Made by a program: the position numbers and the translations under genes. Below, one piece after another: positions 44,050-52,881 of a DNA stretch of 64,000 nt (positions are counted from its first letter, which is position 1; every line of letters begins with the position of its first letter). The notes beneath the pieces are model-generated. The model worked only from the letters and a program-made list of their open reading frames with translations, searched no databases and was not told the origin of the DNA. The stretch is from an uncultured Alphaproteobacteria bacterium. Its GTDB lineage: Bacteria > Pseudomonadota > Alphaproteobacteria > JAJUGE01. Location of the stretch: NCBI GenBank assembly GCA_964625225.1, contig CAZVAR010000004.1, positions 353 through 64,352 on the forward strand, in the 5' to 3' direction.

Positions 44050-44577
44050 ATGTCCAAGCTCTTGTCGCTGTTCGTCGTCCTGACGCTGTCTGCGTTCTCC
44101 TGGGTACCATATTCGGAATCGGCCGGTCGTGTGGAGTACAGGCTCGGGCCACAGGACAAGATCCAGGTCACGGTGTTCAACGAGCCCGATCTCTCGGGCG
44201 AATTCGAACTGGACGGCGAGGGGCGTGTCGCCCTGCCGCTGATCGGCGATGTCACTGTAGGCGGGATGACCGTTCGCAATGCCGAACAGACCATCGCCGC
44301 GGAGCTGTATCCCGATTATCTGCAGAACCCGAAAGTCAGCATCCAGGTCACGAACTACCGGCCGTTCTACATTCTTGGCGAAGTCAAGGAACCGGGCGGC
44401 TACCCTTATGCCAACGACATGACGGTTATACAGGCGGTGGCGCTTGCCGGCGGGTTTACCTATCGCGCTCGTCAAAGCCGGATGGTGATCGTCCGGGCCG
44501 GTACGCGTACGCAGGCGAAGCCCGACACCGCAGTGCTCCCAGGCGACATTATCGAGGTTCCGGAACGCTTTTTCTGA
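44050..44577 (+). CDS. Polysaccharide export protein (Wza/ExoF-like periplasmic Poly_export plus SLBB)
   Basis: The sequence is MSKLLSLFVVLTLSAFS...YRLGPQDKIQVTVFNEPDLSGEFELDGEGRVALPLIGDVTVGGMTVRNAEQTIA...V.V.NYRPFYILGEVKEPGGYPY....TVIQAVALAGGFT.... Confidence 0.85.
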   Translation: MSKLLSLFVVLTLSAFSWVPYSESAGRVEYRLGPQDKIQVTVFNEPDLSGEFELDGEGRVALPLIGDVTVGGMTVRNAEQTIAAELYPDYLQNPKVSIQVTNYRPFYILGEVKEPGGYPYANDMTVIQAVALAGGFTYRARQSRMVIVRAGTRTQAKPDTAVLPGDIIEVPERFF

Positions 44578-44634
44578 GCAAGGGGTCGGCGGTGGTGCGG
44601 CAGCGGTACGCCGGCGCGAGCGGAAGGTGATGAC

Positions 44635-46845
44635 TTGAAGGACGCCAGCATCACAGAGCCGCCCCGGGTCTCCGGCCACACGGGGCTCCGGCCGCCGTCG
44701 GGCATTTCCGGCGAGGTCGATCTGCGTGAGGCATTGGCCGTGCTGTGGCGACGCAGGGGAACGGTCGCCGGGGTCACCGTGCTGATCACGTTGCTCGCCG
44801 CCGTGATCGTGTTCCAGATAACGCCGCTCTATCGGGCCGAGACCCAGATCATGATCGAGGCGCGGCAGAACCGGGTCGTGGATGTCGAGGAAGTTCTGTC
44901 CGGTTTGAGCAGCGAGCGCGAGACGATCGAGAGCGAGCGCCGCGTGATCGCCTCGCGCGCGCTTGCCGAGAAGGTGATCGCTGCTTTGGAGTTGAACCGC
45001 GACCCCGAGTTCAATCCGGCCCTGCGTGAGACGGATCGGTTACGAGCGCTGCTGCGAACGGAGGCGCCGAAGACACCCGAACAAGCGCTCGAGACCGAGC
45101 GTGCGCGGACCGTCGACACCTTCCTCGACCGGCTCGACGTGACACCGGAGGGTCGCTCCCGCGTGATTACGATCGCCTTCGCTTCCGAACGGCCGGGGAT
45201 GGCGGCACGGATCGCGAATACGGTGGCGGAACTGTACCTCTTACAGCAGCGCGAGGCCAAGTTTGAGGCGACCCGACGCGCCACGGAATGGCTGTACGAG
45301 CGGACCGCGGATCTGCGCGAGACAGTCAAGGCCTCGGAGGATGCCGTCGAGGCGTTCCGACGCGAGGCGGGGCTGATCGAGGGCAAAGGCTTTACCCTCG
45401 CGTCGCAGCAGGTTTCCGAGCTGAACACTCAGCTCATCCTGGCTCGCACCACGCGCGCCGAAGCGGAAGCACGGCTCCATCAGGTTCGGGCGCTCCTCGC
45501 CGGCGAGGGCGGCATCGACTCGGCTGCTGAAGTGATCGCATCGCCGCTGATCCAGCGCCTGAAGGAGCAGGAAGCGGAGGTGATGCGACGGGCGGCGGAA
45601 CTGGCCACCCAGTACGGCCCGAAGCATCCCCGCATGATCAATGTCCAGGCGGAGCTGGAGGACATCGAGGCGAAGATCGGGGCAGAGGTCCAGAAGATCG
45701 TCCAGAGCCTGCGCAATGAGGCGGCCGTGGCCCGGGCACGCGAGGCGTCGCTGAACGCCAGCCTCGGCGCGCTCGAGCGGAACGTCGGGCGCGCGAACAG
45801 CGACGAGGTGCGGTTGCGCGCCCTGGAGCGGGAGGCCAGCGCCAACCGCCGACTCTTCGAGACCTTCCTCTCGCGGCTGAAAGAGACCACGGCGCAGGAG
45901 GATCTGCACCTGCCTGATGCACGGATCATCTCGCGCGCCGACATTCCCGACACCCCGGCCTTTCCCCGCACCAAGCTGATGCTGGCCGGTGCCATGTTCA
46001 GCGCTCTCATTGCCGGAATCGCCGCGGCCTTTCTCCTGGAGCGGCTCGACCCGGGTTTCCGGAGTTCCGACCAGATCGAACGGCAGCTCGGTGTCGCCGG
46101 ACTCGGGCTGATCCCTCTGATGAGCGGGGGCCGATCCGACGATCGCACGCCGCAAAGCTACGTACTCCAACGTCCCGCCTCCGCCTTCGCGGAATCGTTA
46201 CGGACGCTTCATACGGCCCTGCTGCTGTCGAATGTCGATCGCCCGCCGAGGAGCGTGCTGGTGACGTCTTCGGTGCCGCAGGAAGGAAAGAGCACGGTCG
46301 CTCTGTCCCTGGCCCGCCTCATGGCGAAATCCGGGCGCAAGGTCCTGTTGATCGATGCCGATTTGCGGCGACCGCGGATCGCCGAGGTCCTGCGAATACC
46401 GGAAAGACCCGGCCTGGTCGACGTGCTGGCGCGATCCGTGTCCTGGTTAGAGGCGGTTCAGCATGATGCCGCCGCCGGACTCGATGTCCTGACCACCGGG
46501 GAATCGGCGGTCAGCCCGCCCGATCTGTTCGGCTCGGCGCAAATGCGGGTGCTGATGGCGGAGCTCGCCGCTTACTACGACCTGGTGGTGGTGGATTCCC
46601 CGCCGGTGCTGGCGGTCTCGGAGCCGCGCATCCTCGCGTGCCTCGTCGACACGACCGTGTTCGTGATCCGCTGGGCGAAGACGCCGCGCGAGGTTGCCGG
46701 CCTCGGACTGAAGCAGATCCGGGAATCGGGCGGCAGCCTCGCGGGCGCAGTGCTCTCGATGGTCAACGTTCGTGAGCACGCCCGCTACGGCTACGGCGAC
46801 TCGGGGCGCTATTACGGTCCGGCCTGTCGCTACTATACCGATTAG
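44635..46845 (+). CDS. Polysaccharide co-polymerase / chain-length determinant with C-terminal BY-kinase-like ATPase (ExoP/GumC/Wzc family)
   Basis: The start is TTG. It has a Wzz-type N-terminus with a TM segment (VTVLITLLAAVIVF) and then a long coiled-coil periplasmic region. A second TM segment follows, then a Walker A-like VTSSVPQEGKSTVALSLA and ...VVVDSPPVL... It ends in a Tyr-containing tail (RYGYGDSGRYYGPACRYYTD). Confidence 0.85.
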   Translation: MKDASITEPPRVSGHTGLRPPSGISGEVDLREALAVLWRRRGTVAGVTVLITLLAAVIVFQITPLYRAETQIMIEARQNRVVDVEEVLSGLSSERETIESERRVIASRALAEKVIAALELNRDPEFNPALRETDRLRALLRTEAPKTPEQALETERARTVDTFLDRLDVTPEGRSRVITIAFASERPGMAARIANTVAELYLLQQREAKFEATRRATEWLYERTADLRETVKASEDAVEAFRREAGLIEGKGFTLASQQVSELNTQLILARTTRAEAEARLHQVRALLAGEGGIDSAAEVIASPLIQRLKEQEAEVMRRAAELATQYGPKHPRMINVQAELEDIEAKIGAEVQKIVQSLRNEAAVARAREASLNASLGALERNVGRANSDEVRLRALEREASANRRLFETFLSRLKETTAQEDLHLPDARIISRADIPDTPAFPRTKLMLAGAMFSALIAGIAAAFLLERLDPGFRSSDQIERQLGVAGLGLIPLMSGGRSDDRTPQSYVLQRPASAFAESLRTLHTALLLSNVDRPPRSVLVTSSVPQEGKSTVALSLARLMAKSGRKVLLIDADLRRPRIAEVLRIPERPGLVDVLARSVSWLEAVQHDAAAGLDVLTTGESAVSPPDLFGSAQMRVLMAELAAYYDLVVVDSPPVLAVSEPRILACLVDTTVFVIRWAKTPREVAGLGLKQIRESGGSLAGAVLSMVNVREHARYGYGDSGRYYGPACRYYTD

Positions 46846-46851
46846 CCCCTC

Positions 46852-47544
46852 GTGAACCGGAGACCGGATCAGGGGCTCGGCGCCACCATCATCGCGGCGG
46901 TCCTGTTGGCCGCGCTGGGCGCGGGCCTGACCCTGGCGGCGGCGCCCCGGGTTGTCGGCTCGCTGGTCGCACTGCCCGGTGACGGGATACTCGCACGCAT
47001 CCGCGACCGCAAACCGGTCACGGTGGATGATCTCCGGCGACTGACGTCGTCCCGCGAGGCCGCGCTCGCCTGGCACGAAACCGGCCGGCGTCATGCGGAC
47101 TTGGCGCTGGCGCGGCTTATGCTCCTGGAACGGCGCCGGATCGTCCGGACCGACCGCGATCTGCCGGAGATCCGTGCCAGCCTGCGCCGCGGCCTCATGC
47201 TGACGCCCGCCGACGCCTATGGCTGGACGCGCCTTGCCGGAGTGGAGCGCCTGCTTGCGACCGGGGCGCAGGCCGGTCTCCGGGAGGTCGAAATGGCGAT
47301 TCTCACCGGCCCCTACGAGCGGCCGCTCGCCTTTCCGCGGCTCGCCATTGCGCTGTCGCTGCGGTCCGTGGCGCGTCCAGACACCCGCATCCTCATCGAT
47401 CGGCAGATCCGCTGGGCCTGGCGCGCCGACCGTTGGGCCACCGTTGCGGCAGCCCGGCATACGCAGGCATTCGATGCGGTGCGGGCCGCGCTTTACGGAG
47501 CACCCCGAGACCTGGCGACCTTCCGGGCGATGACAGCGGAATGA
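46852..47544 (+). CDS. Hypothetical single-pass membrane protein in the polysaccharide locus
   Basis: A GTG start lies 7 nt after the exoP-like stop. It has an N-terminal TM segment (GATIIAAVLLAALGAGLTLAAA) and then a helical soluble domain. I recognised no family. Confidence 0.5.
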   Translation: MNRRPDQGLGATIIAAVLLAALGAGLTLAAAPRVVGSLVALPGDGILARIRDRKPVTVDDLRRLTSSREAALAWHETGRRHADLALARLMLLERRRIVRTDRDLPEIRASLRRGLMLTPADAYGWTRLAGVERLLATGAQAGLREVEMAILTGPYERPLAFPRLAIALSLRSVARPDTRILIDRQIRWAWRADRWATVAAARHTQAFDAVRAALYGAPRDLATFRAMTAE

Positions 47545-47553
47545 GCAACCGCC

Positions 47554-49035
47554 TCACCGTGATGTGTCGTCGTTCTTGCTCCAGGACTGCGCGCAGGCGG
47601 CGCCCATGAGGAGCGCGTAGACCGCCGCCACGGCCGGGATCTGCAGGCTGAAGTCGACCAGCGCATGAAGCCCGACCAGCGTGGTCGCGGCGAGCCCGAG
47701 GCACGGGTAGGTGAGGTTCCGCCGCCGGCGCAGGATGCCCGCAGTGCAGATCGCGGCCGGTGCGGCCAGTGCGACGAACAGCAAGCCGGCCGCTGGCAGC
47801 CCGAGTTCGAGCACGTTCTCGAGATAGCTGTTATGGGCCTGCAGGAACGGCGCGTGCAGGTCGGGTGTGCGATAGAGCCTGAACGTGTCCGGGAAGCTGC
47901 CGAATCCGGTGCCGAGGAGCGGGGCGTCCCCGATCGCCGTCAGCACCCGCTCGAACAGCCGAAGGCGGACGGTCGCATCGTCGGCCGAGTGCAGCACGCG
48001 CAGTAGGACGTCCGGGCTCCCGGGAAGAGCAAGCCCCAGCAGCAGGACTACGATCAGCGCGACGATGCCGACGGCGCGCCGCGCGGACACGGCGCCGGCA
48101 CAGACATGCGACCCGACCAGGACGCAGAGGCCGACCAGCGTGCTGGCAATGCCGGCGCGGGAGTGCGATAGGATCAGTGCCGTTCCAATCACGAACAGCG
48201 CGGCGACATAGCCGAGTCCCCGGGTCGTGACATACTCACCGACGCGCCGGCAGCGGTCATGGAGCGGCAGGCGGCGGGGTGCGGCATGACGGATGCCGCG
48301 CCAAACTAGGGCGGCCGCGCAAAGCAGCCCGAGGCCTGCAAAGGTCGCGAAGGTGTTGCGGTTGACGAATGTACCCGTGAGGTCGCCGAGATAGGCGGTC
48401 TTGGGAGACCAGAGGATCATATCGGTCCCGCGCAGATAGGCGATGATCCCGTAGGCGGCGTATCCGGTCACCGCGAAGGCTGTGGCCTGTACGGCCCGGT
48501 AGGCCCGCCGCGGCTCCCGGCAGAGGTTGAGGGCCAGATAGAAGACCGCTGCATAGGTCGTTAGGCGGACCACGGCGTCGACGGTTTCGGTCGGGTTGAG
48601 CGAGATCGCACCCGGCAGCTCGACCCCGAGCGATCCGGCGGCCTTGCCCCAGATCGGGTGGTGCCATGCCGTCGGAGTGACCGGGAGGGCCTGGATCGCC
48701 GCCCATCCCATCGCCAGGGCGAGGCAGCCGAGCGGTAGCCGGATCCGCTCGAGCGCTACCGGGGCCCGATGTCCGCGGGCGAGCTGCCATGCCCAGGCCA
48801 CCAGCAGCATCCCGATGATCATCGCCATCGCGCCCCATGCCCAGGGCTGCACGGCGCCGAGCATCAGCGGTGCGAGCAGTACGGTGCCCAGGAGCAGGGT
48901 AAAGACGGGAGCAGCGTAAAAATCCGCGGCTGCGGCGGGCGTCGTGTCGACGATCGGCCGGCCGCCTCCGTCGCCTCCGGCACGGCCGTGCGGGCGGCGC
49001 CGCTCAATAGGCGTCACGTGCCGCGAGGACGACAC
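47554..49035 (-). CDS. O-antigen ligase / Wzy-type polymerase family membrane protein
   Basis: The 493-aa polytopic membrane protein has a Wzy_C-like central block (…ALILSHSRAGIASTLVGL…). The GTG start is uncertain. It overlaps the end of the upstream sugar-transferase gene by 32 nt. Confidence 0.7.
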   Translation of the reverse strand: MSSSRHVTPIERRRPHGRAGGDGGGRPIVDTTPAAAADFYAAPVFTLLLGTVLLAPLMLGAVQPWAWGAMAMIIGMLLVAWAWQLARGHRAPVALERIRLPLGCLALAMGWAAIQALPVTPTAWHHPIWGKAAGSLGVELPGAISLNPTETVDAVVRLTTYAAVFYLALNLCREPRRAYRAVQATAFAVTGYAAYGIIAYLRGTDMILWSPKTAYLGDLTGTFVNRNTFATFAGLGLLCAAALVWRGIRHAAPRRLPLHDRCRRVGEYVTTRGLGYVAALFVIGTALILSHSRAGIASTLVGLCVLVGSHVCAGAVSARRAVGIVALIVVLLLGLALPGSPDVLLRVLHSADDATVRLRLFERVLTAIGDAPLLGTGFGSFPDTFRLYRTPDLHAPFLQAHNSYLENVLELGLPAAGLLFVALAAPAAICTAGILRRRRNLTYPCLGLAATTLVGLHALVDFSLQIPAVAAVYALLMGAACAQSWSKNDDTSR

Positions 49036-50533
49036 GCGCGGTCTCGTACAGGATGTAGAGGTCGAAACTCACCGACCAGTTGCGGATGTAGTAGACGTCC
49101 ATTTCGAGGCGTTCGGCGAAGGTCGTGCGGTTCCGCCCCGACACCTGCCAGTAGCCGGTGATGCCCGGCTTCACGCTGTGGATGACCTGCTCGTTTCCGC
49201 CCATGTCGGCAATCTCCTGCGGCAGGTAGCACCGGGGGCCGACCAGGCTCATCTCGCCCTTGATGACGTTGAGGAGCTGCGGCAGCTCGTCCAGGCTGTA
49301 GCGGCGCAGGATGCGGCCGAGCGGCGTCACCCGCGGGTCGTGCCGGAGCTTCTTGTAGACCGCGTATTCGGTGCGCGCCGCAGGGTTGTCCCGCAGATAG
49401 GCGGCAAGCCGCGCCTCCGCGTCCACGACCATCGTCCGGAACTTGTAGGCACCATAGGTGCGCCCGTGCTGCCCCAAGCGCTGCTGCACGAAGAAGGCGG
49501 GACCGGGCGAGGTCAAACGGATGAGCAGCGCGATCGCGGCGAAAAGAGGCAGCAGGCTGAGCAGGAGCGGTACTGCGAGGCAGACATCCATTACCCGCTT
49601 GATCGCCAGTTTCCGACGATCGAGCAGATTGTCCGCCATGGAGAGCGCCAGGGTCCCCTGGAGATCACGGGTCTGCACCCAGAGCGTGCGGCGCCCGTTC
49701 ATTGCCGGCACCAGGAAGACGTGGGGAAATTTCAGCCGGTTGATCACCGCTTCCCACTGATCGGGGGGCAGGTGCGGAAGGTAGACGAAAACGTGCCGGG
49801 CGCCCCGGAGGCGGCCGGTGGTCCCCGCGGCCTGCATCACGACCGGGACGCCGGCTATCGTTTGGCCCTGTTCTTCCGGAGCGTCGCTGAGACAGGCGAC
49901 GGGTATGAAGCCCAGTTCCTGGCGTCGGCGGAGCAGTCTGATCAGTTGTTCCGCGGATTCGCCGATTCCGTGGACCGCGACCGGCACGCCCCAGCGTCCG
50001 TGCGCCTGCAATCGATGGCGGACGATATCGTTGAAGAAGACCGTCAGAACGAGGGCGAAGCCGCAGGACAGCACGGTCACGAGCCGCGACCATAGCCCGT
50101 GCTGGAGCAGATAGTCCCAGCCGGCGACCAGCGCGAATACGAGGACGACGCCGAGCAGGCGGCGCCGGAACCGGTCAGGCGCGCTCATCCCGTAGCCCGG
50201 ATATAGGCCGAGTGCGGCATTGATGCAGACGATTGCGGTGCCGGCGAAGATCAGCACCTCGTGCTCGAAACTGGCGGCCTTTTCGAAGAGGTCGCCGAAG
50301 ATCCAGCGAAGACAGGAGCTGGTGATGATCGCGATCGTGACGGCGAGCACGTCGGCAGCCGCCATCACCGCTCCGGCAACCCCGGGTCGTAGAAATCTCG
50401 GCGGTCTATCGGCGGGCGCCGATACCCTGGACGCGGTTGCGGTGTCAAACATCGACGGAAATTCTTCGGACAGAAGCGAACGCGCGTGCAGCAAGCCGCG
50501 ATCGGGAGCGTTAGGCGATCGGGCTGTAGCCAT
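49004..50533 (-). CDS. Polyprenyl-phosphate glycosyl-1-phosphate transferase (WbaP/exopolysaccharide priming enzyme, Bac_transf domain)
   Basis: The C-terminal domain is KRVMDVCLAVPLLLSLLPLFAAIALLIRLTSPGPAFFVQQRLG..G..Y.AYKFRTM...A......................DPRVTPLGR.LR..SLDELPQLLNV..GEMSLVGPR. The N-terminal region has multiple TM segments. An ATG at 50452 is an alternative start. Confidence 0.88.
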   Translation of the reverse strand: MATARSPNAPDRGLLHARSLLSEEFPSMFDTATASRVSAPADRPPRFLRPGVAGAVMAAADVLAVTIAIITSSCLRWIFGDLFEKAASFEHEVLIFAGTAIVCINAALGLYPGYGMSAPDRFRRRLLGVVLVFALVAGWDYLLQHGLWSRLVTVLSCGFALVLTVFFNDIVRHRLQAHGRWGVPVAVHGIGESAEQLIRLLRRRQELGFIPVACLSDAPEEQGQTIAGVPVVMQAAGTTGRLRGARHVFVYLPHLPPDQWEAVINRLKFPHVFLVPAMNGRRTLWVQTRDLQGTLALSMADNLLDRRKLAIKRVMDVCLAVPLLLSLLPLFAAIALLIRLTSPGPAFFVQQRLGQHGRTYGAYKFRTMVVDAEARLAAYLRDNPAARTEYAVYKKLRHDPRVTPLGRILRRYSLDELPQLLNVIKGEMSLVGPRCYLPQEIADMGGNEQVIHSVKPGITGYWQVSGRNRTTFAERLEMDVYYIRNWSVSFDLYILYETARVVLAARDAY

Positions 50534-50755
50534 GCGAACCGGTCAGTGGATCAGGAAAGGATTTTTTGCAACGCACCTAGAATTGTATGCCGCCGCATCC
50601 CGGTGATTGGGCTGTTTCCCAAGATCACGGCAGAGTATATTTATGGCATATCGGCGTTCTGTTTTGATTGATGGTTCATAATTATCTATCATGACCATAA
50701 AAATTCTCCGAATAAGTTTTGGCATATGACTTATCCGTCTCATATTATGTATTCC

Positions 50756-50775
50756 GAGAATCCTTATGGATTCTC
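50756..50775. promoter_or_regulatory. Perfect 8-bp inverted repeat GAGAATCC-TTAT-GGATTCTC in the AT-rich divergent promoter region
   Basis: I read this directly from the sequence. An additional ATTCTC half-site lies at 50703-50708. The repeat sits between the divergently transcribed priming transferase (start 50533) and flippase (start 51034). Confidence 0.35.
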
Positions 50776-51033
50776 TTCTAATTTATATAGAATTTGATAA
50801 ACCGCGGCTGCAAGAGGGAATCCATGCCGGGTCCAATGTAGCTAAGCCCTTCGGACCGTGGGTGTGCCGGAGCTGATGTCGGCTGTGTTCTTCAGTATGC
50901 GCTACAAAAGTAGTAAAACCTGTCAGACGGAGTGTCAACCGGGACTCTGAGCGTCGTTCGTCCCGCCGGTTGTAAGCGGGGCCGGTTTGGGTGGCCGGCC
51001 GTCCCGGCTGCGCGGCGGTGAGCGAGGGCGTCA

Positions 51034-52260
51034 ATGGGATCCGAAACCCCGTATCGCGGCATGGCACCGGCGGCCCTGTCCCACCTTTCGCGATTGGTCG
51101 GCGGGGCCTTCCTGTTCATTCTTCTTGCTCGGGCATGGTCACCGGAGCTGTTCGGCTATTTCGCACTCCACCATGCGCTTGCCGCGCTGCTGGGCCTGAT
51201 CGCCGGGTTCGGCTTTCCGACGATGCTATTGCGGGAGGTGGGGGCCAAGCCGACCGGCTCCCGGCTGCTGCTCGAGCAAGCGATGCGGGCACAGGCGGTC
51301 CCGGCAGCGGCAGCCGCTCTGATGGCCGCAGGCATCGCCGTCGTCGCTGCCGATGCCTGCCTGCTTGGCCTCCTGTTCGCGGCGTCGCTGGCGCTCAATC
51401 TCGCGGAGTGCGCTGGCGGCGCCCTGCGGGGTCTATGCCGTCACCGCCGGGAGGCCGCTGCGACCGGCCTGGGCAATGCGTTGGCACTTCTTCTTCCCTG
51501 CGCCGTCCTGCCGTTCTCATCCGCACCGGAAAGTGTCGCGGCGGCGCTGCTGGCGGCGCGTATAGTGCAGTGCACCGCCTTGCTTCTCGTGCTCCGCCCC
51601 ATCATCGGAGCAGCGCCGCCGGACTCCGAACGACCGACACTCGGCACAGCCCTCAGGTCGGCATCACCGTACGCCGCGGAGGCAATGGCCGTTGGCCTCC
51701 TGCTCCAGGTCGATACGCTCTTTGTCGGCTACGCCCTCGGCGAGCGTGCGGTCGGGATCTACCAGGCCGGCGTACGCTTCGTCGTTCTGGCGCTGATCAT
51801 CGCACAGGCCGCATCCGGCATATTCGTGCCACGGCTCGCTGCCAGGATGCAGATGCGCGAATCGTTCGGTCCGCTGTACCGACAGTTGCGGAACGCGCTC
51901 GTTCTCTACGGGATAGCGGTTGCCGTGCCGTTCCTGTTGGTCGGCGAGATCCTTGTGCAACTCGTCTATGCGCCCGATTACGCTCCCCTTGTGCAACTGA
52001 TGCCGCTGTTCGGCGTTCTCGTCCTGGTCCGCTGTATTGCCGCCATTCCGGGCATCGCCCTGCTGGCCGCGGGGGAGCAGTCGTTCCGCGCGCGGCTGAC
52101 GATCGGCACGGCGGCGCTCTATCTCCTGTTGGCGCTCATGGCGGTGCAACTGTTCGGCCTCTCCGGAGCCATTCTTGCGAACGCGGCTACCGTGGCTTTG
52201 CTCGGCACGATCTATCGCGGCAGAATGCGCGCCCGCTTCGGCGCACGACTGCAGGCGTAG
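51034..52260 (+). CDS. Oligosaccharide flippase (Wzx / polysaccharide biosynthesis protein family)
   Basis: The 408-aa protein has about 10-12 TM segments. Its N-terminus, ...LSRLVGGAFLFILLARAWSPELFGYFALHHALAALLGLIAGFGF..., resembles the Polysacc_synt family. Confidence 0.7.
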   Translation: MGSETPYRGMAPAALSHLSRLVGGAFLFILLARAWSPELFGYFALHHALAALLGLIAGFGFPTMLLREVGAKPTGSRLLLEQAMRAQAVPAAAAALMAAGIAVVAADACLLGLLFAASLALNLAECAGGALRGLCRHRREAAATGLGNALALLLPCAVLPFSSAPESVAAALLAARIVQCTALLLVLRPIIGAAPPDSERPTLGTALRSASPYAAEAMAVGLLLQVDTLFVGYALGERAVGIYQAGVRFVVLALIIAQAASGIFVPRLAARMQMRESFGPLYRQLRNALVLYGIAVAVPFLLVGEILVQLVYAPDYAPLVQLMPLFGVLVLVRCIAAIPGIALLAAGEQSFRARLTIGTAALYLLLALMAVQLFGLSGAILANAATVALLGTIYRGRMRARFGARLQA

Positions 52261-52296
52261 GGCCCGCTGGGCGCCGTGGCGGCACAAGGCGGCGAC

Positions 52297-52881
52297 ATGG
52301 ACCCTGAAGCGCTGTTCGCGGCGGAACTCGACGAGCATCGCACCGTGTTGGCGGCGGTGCGGGACGGCTTGGCGCAGCCGTTCGCAGCACTGGTCAAGCT
52401 GGCCGTTGCCACGGTACGCGGCGGCGGCAAGATCCTGCTCTTCGGTAACGGCGGGAGCGCGGCCGATGCCCAGCATCTCGCGACCGAGTTCACCGTCCGT
52501 TATGCCTCAGATCGCGAGCCGATCCCGGCGCTCGCGCTGACCACCGACAGCTCGGCTCTGACGGCCATCGGCAACGATTTCGGCCTCGATGCCCTGTTCG
52601 ACCGCCAACTGCGTGCAATCGGGCGACCGGGCGATCTGGCGATCGGGATCAGCACCTCCGGCCGGAGTTCCAACGTGGTCCGTGCGCTGACCTCGGCGCG
52701 CGCGCTCGGGCTGGGCGCGGCGGCTCTGACGGGCCATGACGGCGGGCTCCTGCGGGGCATCGCGGATCCGCTGCTCGTTGTGCCGTCTCGCACGACCGCG
52801 CGTATTCAGGAAATGCACATCCTGCTCGGACATCTGCTCTGCGCGGCGGTCGAGCGCGAGCTCGGACTCGCCGGCGAATGA
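52297..52881 (+). CDS. gmhA: D-sedoheptulose-7-phosphate isomerase
   Basis: It is a SIS-domain protein with KILLFGNGGSAADAQHLATEF...ALALTTDSSALTAIGNDFG....F..Q......GD..IGISTSG.S.NV. I prefer the ATG at 52297 to the GTG at 52276. Confidence 0.85.
   Translation: MDPEALFAAELDEHRTVLAAVRDGLAQPFAALVKLAVATVRGGGKILLFGNGGSAADAQHLATEFTVRYASDREPIPALALTTDSSALTAIGNDFGLDALFDRQLRAIGRPGDLAIGISTSGRSSNVVRALTSARALGLGAAALTGHDGGLLRGIADPLLVVPSRTTARIQEMHILLGHLLCAAVERELGLAGE

Noticed and set aside
50543-50743. A 66-aa minus-strand ORF, and a 61-aa plus-strand ORF at 50486-50671, inside the AT-rich patch of the polysaccharide locus.
   Set aside because: They have no SD and low-complexity Ile/Asn/Lys/Arg composition that simply mirrors the AT-rich DNA. 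They overlap each other, and I recognised no motif. The region is more plausibly regulatory.
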